DNA of 52,916 nt from Myxococcota bacterium. Its GTDB lineage: Bacteria > Myxococcota > B64-G9. The notes under the pieces were generated by a model that was not told the DNA's origin, searched no databases, and was given only the letters and a program-made list of their open reading frames with translations. The DNA is taken from positions 1 to 52,916 of the forward strand of contig JBFFBT010000003.1 of NCBI GenBank assembly GCA_041560255.1, given 5' to 3'. Shown one piece after another: positions 1-9,999 of this stretch. The first letter of the stretch is position 1. The number at the start of each line of letters is the position of its first letter. The position numbers were made by a program, and so were the translations under genes.

Positions 1-93
1 ACTAACTTTGCCGAAAAGTGGAGAGTCTGGGGTTACCGAAATAATTTTCATAACACAAATAAGCCAATAAATAAATTCATCATATATAAAAAA

Positions 94-165
94 AGCGGGT
101 GAAGGGAGTCGAACCCTCGACGTCAAGCTTGGGAAGCTTGCATTCTACCACTGAATTACACCCGC
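94..165 (-). tRNA. tRNA-Gly (anticodon CCC), CCA not encoded
   Basis: Reverse complement GCGGGTGTAATTCAGTGGTAGAATGCAAGCTTCCCAAGCTTGACGTCGAGGGTTCGACTCCCTTCACCCGCT folds as a cloverleaf: acceptor stem GCGGGTG/CACCCGC, anticodon arm CAAGC-TTCCCAA-GCTTG, T-loop GTTCGAC. Confidence 0.97.
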
Positions 166-238
166 AAATCAATCCAAAAGCAAAACACCTCCCTCCTCAA
201 ACCAGGTTCCGTCGAGCAAGCACCCTTACCGGGAACTA

Positions 239-1198
239 CTATACCTTACTATACCTGTCAAGGAAACTGTCAATTTCGGCCATGCTCACGGAAGGTTGTC
301 CCGCCCCGGAAGACGGCTTGGCTTCCGGTGAAACCGAATTCATCGGCAAGTTTTCCGGATTTTCGTTGAATCCTCCCTCCAACAATTGATCGAGACCCAG
401 AATGTTGGCCGTGTGCTCAATGATGTGACGATCTGCCACTACCCGATTCGCCAATGCGGCTTCAAACAAGCTGTTATCACACAACGTATTGATAACTCTT
501 GGAATTCCTTGACTGTATTGGTGAATGGACTCCACCCCCTGGTTGGTAAAAAGCATTCTTTTGGAGCCCGCCATGCGAAGTCGATGTTTAATATAAGATT
601 TTGTGGTTTCCAAATTAAATGGGTCCAACCGGCACTTCAGAGCAACCCTCTGATGAAGCGGCGGATCCAACATCAAATTTCGCTCCAGCGCGGGCAGCCC
701 GAAAAACACAAAAGACAACAACTTTCTCTCCGGCACTTCGAGATTGAGTAGTCCTCTAAACTCTTCCATAATTTCACGGGTTTGAAGCATCTGAGCCTCA
801 TCAATCAAGACAACCGCCTTTTTCCCGGCATCATGCAGTTCCACCAACCGATCATACAACTGCCCGAGTAAAATAAGCTTGTCTTTGGCTGGATCTTCGA
901 CACCCAATTGCAACGCGATGCGTCTCAGCACCCAATTTGCAGTGACCCCGGCGTGTATGATGACCAACAGAGCGGCTTCATATTCGCCCTCAGGGAGGTT
1001 GTCGAGCATTCTCCTGGCCAGGGTCGTCTTCCCCGCGCCGATACCTCCGACGCACAAAGCCAGACCCCGCATGTTGCTGACTGCAAACATGAGGCGTACC
1101 ATGGCTTGTGAATGTTGCTCGCTGTTATAAAAAAAGCGTGTAACCGGAGCCGATGAAAATGGTTCTTGCTTCAATTGAAAAAACTCTAGATAATTCAT
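239..1198 (-). CDS. ExeA/GspA-family AAA ATPase without the C-terminal peptidoglycan-binding domain
   Basis: N-terminal YLEFFQLKQEPFS, Walker A GGIGAGKTT, Walker B VLIDEAQML, GIPRVINTLCD. ATG at 1198 has a GGAG RBS (ORF track starts at GTG 1243). Confidence 0.88.
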   Translation of the reverse strand: MNYLEFFQLKQEPFSSAPVTRFFYNSEQHSQAMVRLMFAVSNMRGLALCVGGIGAGKTTLARRMLDNLPEGEYEAALLVIIHAGVTANWVLRRIALQLGVEDPAKDKLILLGQLYDRLVELHDAGKKAVVLIDEAQMLQTREIMEEFRGLLNLEVPERKLLSFVFFGLPALERNLMLDPPLHQRVALKCRLDPFNLETTKSYIKHRLRMAGSKRMLFTNQGVESIHQYSQGIPRVINTLCDNSLFEAALANRVVADRHIIEHTANILGLDQLLEGGFNENPENLPMNSVSPEAKPSSGAGQPSVSMAEIDSFLDRYSKV

Positions 1199-1239
1199 AT
1201 TTTCTCCACCCTGCGGCCCTGCATGTTCGGCGGACATCG

Positions 1240-4236
1240 TCACATATATGATATCTTATTTTTTCCGTTGGTGGAATGTCCAGGAGTCTGGTTGTCGGAT
1301 GGATTGTCATGACTCCTTGATTGAGAAAGCCTTTGTATTTTTTCTGCGACATCCCGAAATGCGGCATCCCGCTTGTACACCTGCTTGTACTGCGTCAAAG
1401 CATCTTGAGGTCGTTCACCCAACTCCAAAGCCCGACCCAATTCGTAGTACAGGCTGGTTTTTTCTTGCTCGGATATCGCCGGAAACTTCAATGCATTGGT
1501 GAAACTCTCCACCGCTTTTACAGTTTGTCCCATCTCGGTATAGCAAAGCCCTATCATGGTCATCGCAACGACACGCTTTTCCTCGCTTGAAGAAGCAATG
1601 GAAAATTCATTGATGGCTTCATCCAAAAGGCCCATTTCTTTGTAGGCAATTCCCAAATCATAATGGGTCGACGAATCGTCTTTGGCGACAATTTTGGCAA
1701 CTCCCTTTTTAAACTCATTGAACACATCGTTGACGCTGTATTGAAAATCCTCATCGAGCGCCACCGGCTCCAACTCATCATCAATCTCACCCGCGATCTG
1801 TTCTGCAAGATCCATCGTCAGATCGGAATCTTCGAGCTGAGCAGCCATGACCTGCGATTCTCCCTGCTGCATCCGAGAAACTTGCTCCAGCCGCATCAAT
1901 ACCTCTTCGTTTTCCGAATAGGCTTGTTTCAAACGCGAAAGCTCATCGAAGGCTTCTTCAAATAGATTTTGTTGAATAAAAAAATCCACCTCTTCCAATG
2001 CATCCGCCAAATCCGAATCGTCATCTTCAGGTAAAGGCTCTTCCACCGACTCCAACTCCAGATCATCGCCCGAGCTCTCCGCCAAGGGATCATCCGTCCC
2101 TATCTCTTCTTCTTCCCAGTCCTCAAGATCCTGCACGTGAGCCGGTTCGACAGCTTCGGCTTGTTCATCTTCTGGTTGCTCGGTCGGCCAGATCGGATTT
2201 TCAATCATCTGGGTAGGATCATCGGGGACTTGCATGAGATCTTCATGCATATTCGCGTCGATTTGATCAAACGAAGCATCTATCTCCTCGATGTCAATCA
2301 ATCCCGACTCATCCATCGAATCCGCAACCGCTTCGGCGTCATGATCCAGTCCGGAATCTGAATCCAGAAGATCCAAATAGTCGACTCCGGCAGAATTCTC
2401 ATCATATTCTTCGGACTCTTCGGCTCCCAAAATGAGATCGGCATCGTCTATCATTTCGAAAGGTAACTGTTCATTCGGGCTTGACTCTGAGTCTTCCATC
2501 TCGGACTCAATCGGCTCGAGCTTGGCCGGGACTTCGCGCTCATCGAAACTTTCCTGGTCCGATTCGTCCCCGATAATGACATCATCCGTTTCAGGTCCTA
2601 TACCGATGTACACTTCTTGCTCGAGATCCAAAGAATCCGCATCTTCGTTATCCGCCGAGTTTTCATACGCCGCGTTCTCGAGTCCGTCCAATCCCGCATC
2701 CATAGATACTTCGATGTTTTCCGGATCATCCACCACAACTTCTACTCCGGATGCGTCCAATAGCTCGGGAAGGTCATCGTCCAATACTTCGACCTCCAGC
2801 TCATTGGATGTTCCATTCAGCTCACGCATCAACTGCTCAGCTTGCGGGTGGTCGGGATTGAGAAGCAGAAGAGATCTTAGATTCTCACGAGCTTCATCAA
2901 TTTGATCCCGGGCTTTCTGCAGACGGATCAGGGTAATCAACTCCGAAGCGGTTTCGTCACTTTGTCGATTGAAAGCATAAATATCCTTGAGTTTCTGATG
3001 CGCTTCGATGTTTTCATAATCCAGGTCGACAATCCGCTTGAGATGCTCAATGGCCTTGTTCTGTAGACCATATTTGATGTACACACTCGTCTCGTTGAGC
3101 ATCTTGCCGATATCGCCCTGAACGGAATCTTTGCCGCTGCGATCCTTAGAAGAAACAATTTCTTGCACATCCTGCAAACGAGTGGATCTGGGTCTGAGCT
3201 CATCATCAGGTTCCACCACCGGCTGTGGAGGACGCAGGGAAGATATGTGACTTGGTGGGTCTTCTGATTCGGGCTCTTCATCCACCGAAGGAGAGGGTAA
3301 TTCAGGTTCTTCGATCCTCGGACCTACGGACTCTCCCGGGGCCTGCATATTGAGGGCCTGCAAAGCTTCAGGATCATCGGGAGATAAAGCCAGAATACGC
3401 TGATAGGTGCTTCCGATTTCTTTTTGTTGTCCCCTTTCCTGATAAATTTTTATCATTTCTTTGTATACCGAAATAGTTTTGACCGGCTGGTGAAGCTCTT
3501 TAAAAGCCAATGCCAGCATGGAAAGGGTGTCGATATCTGTCGGATCTGCCTTGAAGCAAGCCTGCAACTTGCTCAACGCGCGCTTGGCGTCGCCTTTCTG
3601 TAAATAGATATTCGCCAACTCCCGAACCATCGACAAATCCGAGCTGTCGTGAAAAAGCAGCCTTTCGACCACTTTGATATAGTCTTCAATCCGATTGGTT
3701 ACCTTGAGGTATTGAGCAGCTTGCCTGAACTCCTCGACTGCTTCCTGGGTCATGGCCTCCTGGGAATACAGCTCGGCCAACTTGATGCGACTGGCCACAC
3801 TATCCGGATCCAAATCGACCAAGCGACGCAATATCTCCATCAGCTGCTTCTTCATGCCGCGTTGCTCATAATGCGCGGCAACCTTTTGCATATGCCCCAT
3901 GGCATCGCCGACAATACCCAAATTTTGGTATTCCCCTGCCAGATGGAGGTTTACGTCAACCCGGGTCTCGTCGATTTTCAATATTTGCTTGTATACCGCC
4001 ACCGCCTTGAGGTGAAACCCCTGCTGAGAATATGTCTTGGCTACACTGAAATATGTATTGAGGGCTTGCTCTTTGTCTCCGATCCGAACAAGAAGATCCC
4101 CTTTCTTAAGCAACGTCCTGACATCTTTGGGATCCTCAATCAAGATCTTGTCGTATTCCCGAATGGCCTTTTTGATCTGACCTTTCTGGATATACTTCAA
4201 GGCATTATCGTTTACTTTGTTCTTGTTGATTGCCAC
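1240..4236 (-). CDS. sgmX: Large TPR protein, SgmX-like type IV pilus activator / MglA effector
   Basis: N-terminal TPR array (NKNKV...GFHLKAVAVYKQILK...KRALSKLQACFKAD) resembles M. xanthus SgmX as I recall it. Long acidic linker, C-terminal TPRs (THYDLGIAYKEMGLLDEAI), and position downstream of pilQ-mglC-efp. Probable GTG start at 4236. Confidence 0.82.
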   Translation of the reverse strand: MAINKNKVNDNALKYIQKGQIKKAIREYDKILIEDPKDVRTLLKKGDLLVRIGDKEQALNTYFSVAKTYSQQGFHLKAVAVYKQILKIDETRVDVNLHLAGEYQNLGIVGDAMGHMQKVAAHYEQRGMKKQLMEILRRLVDLDPDSVASRIKLAELYSQEAMTQEAVEEFRQAAQYLKVTNRIEDYIKVVERLLFHDSSDLSMVRELANIYLQKGDAKRALSKLQACFKADPTDIDTLSMLALAFKELHQPVKTISVYKEMIKIYQERGQQKEIGSTYQRILALSPDDPEALQALNMQAPGESVGPRIEEPELPSPSVDEEPESEDPPSHISSLRPPQPVVEPDDELRPRSTRLQDVQEIVSSKDRSGKDSVQGDIGKMLNETSVYIKYGLQNKAIEHLKRIVDLDYENIEAHQKLKDIYAFNRQSDETASELITLIRLQKARDQIDEARENLRSLLLLNPDHPQAEQLMRELNGTSNELEVEVLDDDLPELLDASGVEVVVDDPENIEVSMDAGLDGLENAAYENSADNEDADSLDLEQEVYIGIGPETDDVIIGDESDQESFDEREVPAKLEPIESEMEDSESSPNEQLPFEMIDDADLILGAEESEEYDENSAGVDYLDLLDSDSGLDHDAEAVADSMDESGLIDIEEIDASFDQIDANMHEDLMQVPDDPTQMIENPIWPTEQPEDEQAEAVEPAHVQDLEDWEEEEIGTDDPLAESSGDDLELESVEEPLPEDDDSDLADALEEVDFFIQQNLFEEAFDELSRLKQAYSENEEVLMRLEQVSRMQQGESQVMAAQLEDSDLTMDLAEQIAGEIDDELEPVALDEDFQYSVNDVFNEFKKGVAKIVAKDDSSTHYDLGIAYKEMGLLDEAINEFSIASSSEEKRVVAMTMIGLCYTEMGQTVKAVESFTNALKFPAISEQEKTSLYYELGRALELGERPQDALTQYKQVYKRDAAFRDVAEKIQRLSQSRSHDNPSDNQTPGHSTNGKNKISYM

Positions 4237-4499
4237 CCAGTCCGCCTCGATACTACAGTGCCGCAAACGCTGCCGTCTGGTCTGATCATCCCGAGAAATT
4301 CAATCCTACATGACTTGCTTCGGGTGTGGGCCCTTACCACGTACGCCACCGATCCACCATGATTGACTCTAAGAAAAACCCCCTGTAAATCAACAGGTTT
4401 CTAAGAGCTCACCCAAATTACCATCCTAACTCTTCACAATGTTTCAGTCAATCGAAATTCGAAAAAACCCGGTGGGTTCAACCGCAGATAGTGATGCAC

Positions 4500-5060
4500 C
4501 TACTTTACCCGCTCGATATACATTCCGGTACGAGTATCGATACGAATTTTCTCGCCCTCTTTGATAAACAAAGGCACTTGAATGTTGGCGCCGGTTTCCA
4601 GAAGAGCCGGCTTGGTTCCACCGCTGGCTGTATCCCCCTTGACGCCCGGATCGGTCTGAGTAATGGTCAACTCAACAAAATTCGGCAATTCAACCGTCAA
4701 AGGTTTGCCTTTATAAAACAATACATTCAACAGTATATTCTCCTGCAAAAAAGCATCCGCGCCCTGCAGTTGGTCCTTGGTAATAAAAAGCTGCTCGTAC
4801 GAGGAGTTGTCCATAAAATTGAAATCATCGCCCTCGCGATACAGATACTGCATTTCCTTTTCCACCAGGTCCGGTTTGTCAACTTTGTCGCCGGCTTTGA
4901 AGGTCCGATCCAGGACATTCTGCGTCACCAGGCTTTTGAGCTTGGTACGCACGAACGCCCCACCCTTGCCAGGTTTGACATGCTGGAATTCCACGATGAT
5001 AAATGGCTCTCCGTCCAGCTCGATCTTCAATCCCCTCCTAAAATCGGTGGTCGAATACAT
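4500..5060 (-). CDS. efp: Translation elongation factor P
   Basis: HVKPGKGGAFVRTK loop, PGVKGDTASGGTKPA, VPLFIKEGEKIRIDTRTG; 186 aa. Confidence 0.98.
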   Translation of the reverse strand: MYSTTDFRRGLKIELDGEPFIIVEFQHVKPGKGGAFVRTKLKSLVTQNVLDRTFKAGDKVDKPDLVEKEMQYLYREGDDFNFMDNSSYEQLFITKDQLQGADAFLQENILLNVLFYKGKPLTVELPNFVELTITQTDPGVKGDTASGGTKPALLETGANIQVPLFIKEGEKIRIDTRTGMYIERVK

Positions 5061-5207
5061 TTCTTTAGCTCCGGTACATTATGTAGATAATTTCCAAACC
5101 AACACTTTCAGATCCTACCATCTCCCATACCAGTAAACCACAACACCCTGAAAGTCAAACTGTTACTTTTGGGCTCGCTAATGAGAGGGGTTCGCGTGGG
5201 AATCGCT

Positions 5208-5570
5208 CTAAAACAATTCTTGAATCAACGCCGGGCTGTGCCTGCGCAGCACATACCGTCCCTTTCCGGCGTAGGCCGGAGGCTCCAAGAGAAGCGCGAT
5301 AAAATGGTCGTCTTTCAATAGCCTTATCACCAAGGTGCCTCGATCGAATGAGGTCGTAAACTCTAGAAGCTCACCTCCCTCGACATTTCTAATGGCCTGG
5401 GCAGCCTGCCTTACAATACTGCTCATCTCTACCAGCAATATTTCATCATCCATGTCGCCTTCCTGCTCGACATGCCGAAGCACCAACAATCCATCCAGGT
5501 TCATCAACCACACCGCCCGACACCCATCCACCTCGCGACACATATTTTCAAGTTGCTTTTGCAACTCCAT
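5208..5570 (-). CDS. mglC: Roadblock/LC7 protein, MglC-like polarity factor
   Basis: 120 aa with the roadblock pattern (LMNLDGL), C-terminal GKGRYVLR as in M. xanthus MglC, and location between the pilQ region and efp. Confidence 0.78.
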   Translation of the reverse strand: MELQKQLENMCREVDGCRAVWLMNLDGLLVLRHVEQEGDMDDEILLVEMSSIVRQAAQAIRNVEGGELLEFTTSFDRGTLVIRLLKDDHFIALLLEPPAYAGKGRYVLRRHSPALIQELF

Positions 5571-5775
5571 CTGCCACCTCCCTGGCTCCGTTCAATCGCA
5601 ACCGCCCTTTGCTCTCATAATTCACGTTCTCCCCGAACACCCAGAATGCATCATTCACACCCCCGACCTGCCGTATCAAAACTCCGCTTTTTCACATCTC
5701 GGAGCCTGCAAGCTCTTGTATTTCATAAGCAATATTCTCTATATCCCCGGCACGATGTACGTACTACGACACACA

Positions 5776-6153
5776 CTAGCTGGGACGTGTCAAGCGTGCA
5801 TCCTGCATCAACCGTTTGAGCATATTCTGCAATATGAGCAACCTGCGCTCTCGAGGATCCACAACCGAGGTAGGTTCGTCCGATTCCACACTGCGTACGT
5901 CGACAGGGCCGATGAACCCGGTCAGTTTCGCAAGCATCCACTCCAACATTTTGAGTTTTTTACTGGTATTCGAATCGGTTCTTCCATGCTTTGCCGCCAT
6001 GGCAAAACGACTATCGGATAATCCCTGCGCCAACGAAAGATTTTGCGGATCCTCCGTCAGAAGTTTCTCAAAAATCGATATTGCTCGTTCCGGGAAACCT
6101 TGTTTCAGGTACAGCCGCGCCAAGGTTTCCGATTTCAAGTCGTCTTGATCCAT
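5776..6153 (-). CDS. Small single-TPR protein
   Basis: SETLARLYLKQGFPERAISIFEKLLTEDPQN is a TPR, followed by two similar amphipathic helices (KKLKMLEWMLAKL / RRLLILQNMLKRL). Start uncertain (6153 ATG or 6168 TTG). Confidence 0.65.
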   Translation of the reverse strand: MDQDDLKSETLARLYLKQGFPERAISIFEKLLTEDPQNLSLAQGLSDSRFAMAAKHGRTDSNTSKKLKMLEWMLAKLTGFIGPVDVRSVESDEPTSVVDPRERRLLILQNMLKRLMQDARLTRPS

Positions 6154-6341
6154 GCCAACAGTTTCCAAGCGGGTTTAGGCATTCATTTTTTCCATGTGCT
6201 ACAAACGGTTGTAGATCATTACTCCTTTACTATCCAAGACCCCGACAATTGTCAAGTCGCTACAGACAAACGAACTCCCGTAGCAAATACTCTGTTTTTT
6301 CAAAAAGCCATATCGGTCAAAGAGGAGACGCCGACCGGTTC

Positions 6342-7091
6342 TCACCGATACGTGCTATCGCATTCGCAACCATCGACCAGCAGATCGTTGGTATCCTGGC
6401 CCGGTCTGCAGGCCGGATAGTAATCGTCCGTAAGACTCGGCGTATCCAAACAGCACACGTAGTAAAGGCATCCCCAACATAGGTCTATCGCATAAAAAAA
6501 CTCGCCGGTCTCCACCTTCAATCCGCCTATCGTCTCTCCATACAATCTGGCCCGCACACCCAATGTGACTTTCGAAGCTTCCGCGTCGAGTTGAACCATG
6601 AGCTCGCCGATCTCGGGAGGCACCATAAAGAAACCGAAAACCGTCTTTCCGGCCTCACCACCATCATCGCCGGCCGATACGTAAGCATTGAAGTAATCCG
6701 TATATGCAAGATCTTCGATCGCCAGTACTTGCAACAAGGCGGGATTTGCCGCCAACACTTCTTCCCTCCCTTTCAACCACTCGTACTCGACAACCGCCTT
6801 GGTAAGATGCACATCGAAAGCATTCGACTCACCGTTTGAGACATCCGAAGAATTGGGCATATAATTGTTGACCTGCGCGTAAAATCGGTAACTCGGCCGA
6901 CCGCCGAACGCCAGATGACCGAGATCCAGATAGCCCCTGGAGCGATAATAGTCCCCATCCACTTCATAGACACAATCGCTGTCAGGCGCAACTTGGAAAA
7001 GGACCACCAAAGATTTGCCGTTATCCACACATCCGCATACCGTAAATACGACCAACCATGTGCAGGCGGTCTGGGTTATCCACTTTTTCAT
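6342..7091 (-). CDS. Lipoprotein immediately downstream of pilQ, Cys-rich C-terminus
   Basis: GAGGAGG RBS before ATG 7091. Signal peptide with lipobox VCGC. C-terminal CWGC...CC...CRPGQD...CEC. Confidence 0.8.
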   Translation of the reverse strand: MKKWITQTACTWLVVFTVCGCVDNGKSLVVLFQVAPDSDCVYEVDGDYYRSRGYLDLGHLAFGGRPSYRFYAQVNNYMPNSSDVSNGESNAFDVHLTKAVVEYEWLKGREEVLAANPALLQVLAIEDLAYTDYFNAYVSAGDDGGEAGKTVFGFFMVPPEIGELMVQLDAEASKVTLGVRARLYGETIGGLKVETGEFFYAIDLCWGCLYYVCCLDTPSLTDDYYPACRPGQDTNDLLVDGCECDSTYR

Positions 7092-7139
7092 CAATACCTC
7101 CTCGAAAATTCCGTTTTCAGCCACGCCGGACCTTGCGGT

Positions 7140-9824
7140 TTACTTTTGGGATACCGTGGCCTGAAGGCGGTTGACGATACGTGGGGTGATAAAAATGAGC
7201 AACTCGGTTCGATCGTCGTTCTTTTTCACGTTTCGAAACAGATAACCTAATATGGGTATGCTCGAGAAAAAAGGAATCCCGGTCACCGTATCCGAAGTTT
7301 TCTTCGTATAGATACCCCCGATGACCGTGGTGTCACCATCGCGGACCATCACTTGGGTTTCAGCTTCCTTCTTCAAAATCGTCGGATCACCTCTTGCGCC
7401 GGTACGGGAAAAATCGGGTTCGTTTTTCGTAACCTTGATGGCCATGAGGATGCTTCCCTCCTGGGTAATATGCGGGGTTACCTCGAGCTCCAATTTGGCT
7501 TCAACAAACTGAGTATTCACGCCTGCAGCCGACACCACCGCAATGGGTATGGACACTCCCTGCCCGATTTTGGCTTTATGATTATCCAGGGTCGCAATCT
7601 TTGGAGCACTGATGATTTTCACAGCTCCCTTGTTTTCCAACGCAGACAACCTTAAATTGAGTCTGGCGATTCCTCCCGCCGATCCGAAAATAAATCCCAA
7701 GGCACCGCCTGATCCGGCTCCTACTGCGGCCGGCAGGTTGATGGCAAATTGCCCTGGGTTTCCGGTGCCGCTGAACGGGCGATTGGTGGCTTGATCATCC
7801 GCGCCACCCCTTACCACGATATTGTTGGGGAACGGCAGACCGGTTGGATTGCCGGTGGCCGAAGCAAACGACATATCTCCACCCCATTGCACGCCGATCT
7901 CACGCACAAATTGGGTATTGGCCTCTACAATCCTTGCTTCGATGAGCACTTGAGGGGTTTCTGTGTCCAAGCTTCTGACCAATCCCTCGGCCTTGACGAG
8001 ATGCTCGAGAACGTCTTTGACAATCAACACATTGGTGCGGTCGTCCACCGTTACGCTTCCCCGATCGCTCAATACATCCTTCACTTGAGCTTCGATATCT
8101 TTGGCGGTTGCATAGTTGACCGGAATGAGGCGAACCCGGATCGGCTCGAGCTTTTTGTTGGCCTCCGCCGCCTTGGCAAGCAGCTCTTTTTCCTTGGCGA
8201 GCTCTTCCAGAGTGGCGACTCGGATGATGTTGCCGTGCTGCACTTTTCCGAGTTTCTTGGTCTTGAGGATGATATCCAAGGCTTGATCCCACGGCACATT
8301 GCGCATGGTTACCGTGATCTTGCCTTTCACCTCATCAGACGTGATGATGTTCAATCTGGCCACTTCAGATATCAGGCGCAGTATGTTATGGATATCCGCG
8401 TCCTTAAAGTCCAACGAGATCCTTTTGCCCTGATATCTGCTCCGATTCCGGCCCCCTGATGCCGAAGCCTGGGCTTCGGGATGCCTCACGCTGTATCCAG
8501 CGACTTGATCGGGTGCATAGGTGTAGGTTTTCTTCCCCTCCGAAGAAGCAGCCCGTACGGAAGGTTTCTTATCCTTTGAAACCAGCACCCAATGCAGCTT
8601 GCCGTCTTTGCGTTCGAGCCGGTTTTCGACCTGCCGGCTGGTAAGCACCACCAATTTGACCTTATGCTTGTCCGGCACCCGATATGCGCTCAGCGATTTT
8701 ATCGATCCACCGAACTCGGAGGTATCCAAGGTTCTTTCCAAAAGCAAAGGCAAATTGCAATGAGGAATTTCCAACATGGAAGAGCTCGCATCGACATGCA
8801 CCACTTGCGCCGTGGCCTCACCCTCCAAATCCAAAATAACCCGCGCTTCGCCTTCATGTTGTCGAAACGACACATCCTTCAAGACGGCATATTTGTTGAT
8901 GGGCTTTGAATCCTTCGACTTGGCTGCGGTTCGATCGACCGGAAAAGATTTTTGTATAGGGTTCTTCTTGGTGTGGGCGGGATTGGGTATCGCTGATTTT
9001 TTGCCGTCAGCAAAAAGAACCACCAACTTTTTCTTGGTGCGTTGAATCGAGTAATGCTTGGGTGTTCCTTGAGCGCAATCCAAGACGATTCTCACTTTGT
9101 TTTTATGCCCGGCCATCCGTACATTGCTCACATATCGATCGGAAATTCTTTCTATATTATGTTTTCCTGCGGGCATTGAAGCGCCGTAGACATCCAACAC
9201 AATCCGAAAAGGATCGAACACCTCCAATACTTCATAAGTATTGATGTCACTATCGGCAGTCAGGCTCAAACTACGAGCACCGGTCAGAATTTTTTCAATC
9301 CTCAACAAATTAGGACGTAATTTGTCGCCACGACTCTCCACCACCCGATGATCGGGTTTTGGTTCATCTGGTTCTATCACGGGCAGTGATGGGGGTGAGG
9401 GTTTGGAAGGTCTTTTCGATAAAGCTTCTTTCTTGGCAAATGTGATCACTACCGCGCTTCCAACCGTTTTAGCCCTAAATTGCACGTCGGTCTGCATGCC
9501 GATGACAACCCTACCCACCACATTTCCGGATTGTTTGAATTGTGTGGTGGCGATTTTTGAAATATGGCTGCCGCTGAAATTGTCCGGCAGCCGTTCCACT
9601 TGCACCTCGGTCCGAATCAGATCTACAATGAGTCGATCGGGATCTTTCAGCTTGAAAACGGTAAATGTAGGTGTCATCTTTCCATGCAGAACCACTTCCG
9701 TCGCTTCGGCATGCCGCTGTACTTCGATCTTACCGATAACATTGTTATGCACCTCTTTCGAGCTTTCGGCATACACCAAAGCAGGAAGAATCAACAGGCT
9801 CAGCAGTACTGTGCGAGATCCCAT
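7140..9824 (-). CDS. pilQ: Type IV pilus secretin PilQ with multiple N-terminal AMIN domains
   Basis: AMIN-like repeats (FKLKDPDRLIVDL, VFDPFRIVLDV), ISLDFKDADIHNILRLI, VPWDQALDII, QVLIEARIVE, IPILGYLFR, ELLIFITPRI. Confidence 0.96.
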   Translation of the reverse strand: MGSRTVLLSLLILPALVYAESSKEVHNNVIGKIEVQRHAEATEVVLHGKMTPTFTVFKLKDPDRLIVDLIRTEVQVERLPDNFSGSHISKIATTQFKQSGNVVGRVVIGMQTDVQFRAKTVGSAVVITFAKKEALSKRPSKPSPPSLPVIEPDEPKPDHRVVESRGDKLRPNLLRIEKILTGARSLSLTADSDINTYEVLEVFDPFRIVLDVYGASMPAGKHNIERISDRYVSNVRMAGHKNKVRIVLDCAQGTPKHYSIQRTKKKLVVLFADGKKSAIPNPAHTKKNPIQKSFPVDRTAAKSKDSKPINKYAVLKDVSFRQHEGEARVILDLEGEATAQVVHVDASSSMLEIPHCNLPLLLERTLDTSEFGGSIKSLSAYRVPDKHKVKLVVLTSRQVENRLERKDGKLHWVLVSKDKKPSVRAASSEGKKTYTYAPDQVAGYSVRHPEAQASASGGRNRSRYQGKRISLDFKDADIHNILRLISEVARLNIITSDEVKGKITVTMRNVPWDQALDIILKTKKLGKVQHGNIIRVATLEELAKEKELLAKAAEANKKLEPIRVRLIPVNYATAKDIEAQVKDVLSDRGSVTVDDRTNVLIVKDVLEHLVKAEGLVRSLDTETPQVLIEARIVEANTQFVREIGVQWGGDMSFASATGNPTGLPFPNNIVVRGGADDQATNRPFSGTGNPGQFAINLPAAVGAGSGGALGFIFGSAGGIARLNLRLSALENKGAVKIISAPKIATLDNHKAKIGQGVSIPIAVVSAAGVNTQFVEAKLELEVTPHITQEGSILMAIKVTKNEPDFSRTGARGDPTILKKEAETQVMVRDGDTTVIGGIYTKKTSDTVTGIPFFSSIPILGYLFRNVKKNDDRTELLIFITPRIVNRLQATVSQK

Positions 9825-9999
9825 AACTCTTCTCCTTCACCCAATTCGGGCAGACAGCCCGAAATGATAGTTCCTGTGCGAAACCGATATCCATTCATTG
9901 CAAGCCACCCGATGGATCCTCCGGCCGAACTGCTTTCCAGAGCGCCGGTTCCTTTTGCAGGTATACTACAGCTACTCGACTCAAGCATCATAGGGTTGC

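Noticed and set aside
99-389. 96-aa ORF over the tRNA
   Set aside because: Antisense translation of tRNA-Gly and the exeA 3' end.
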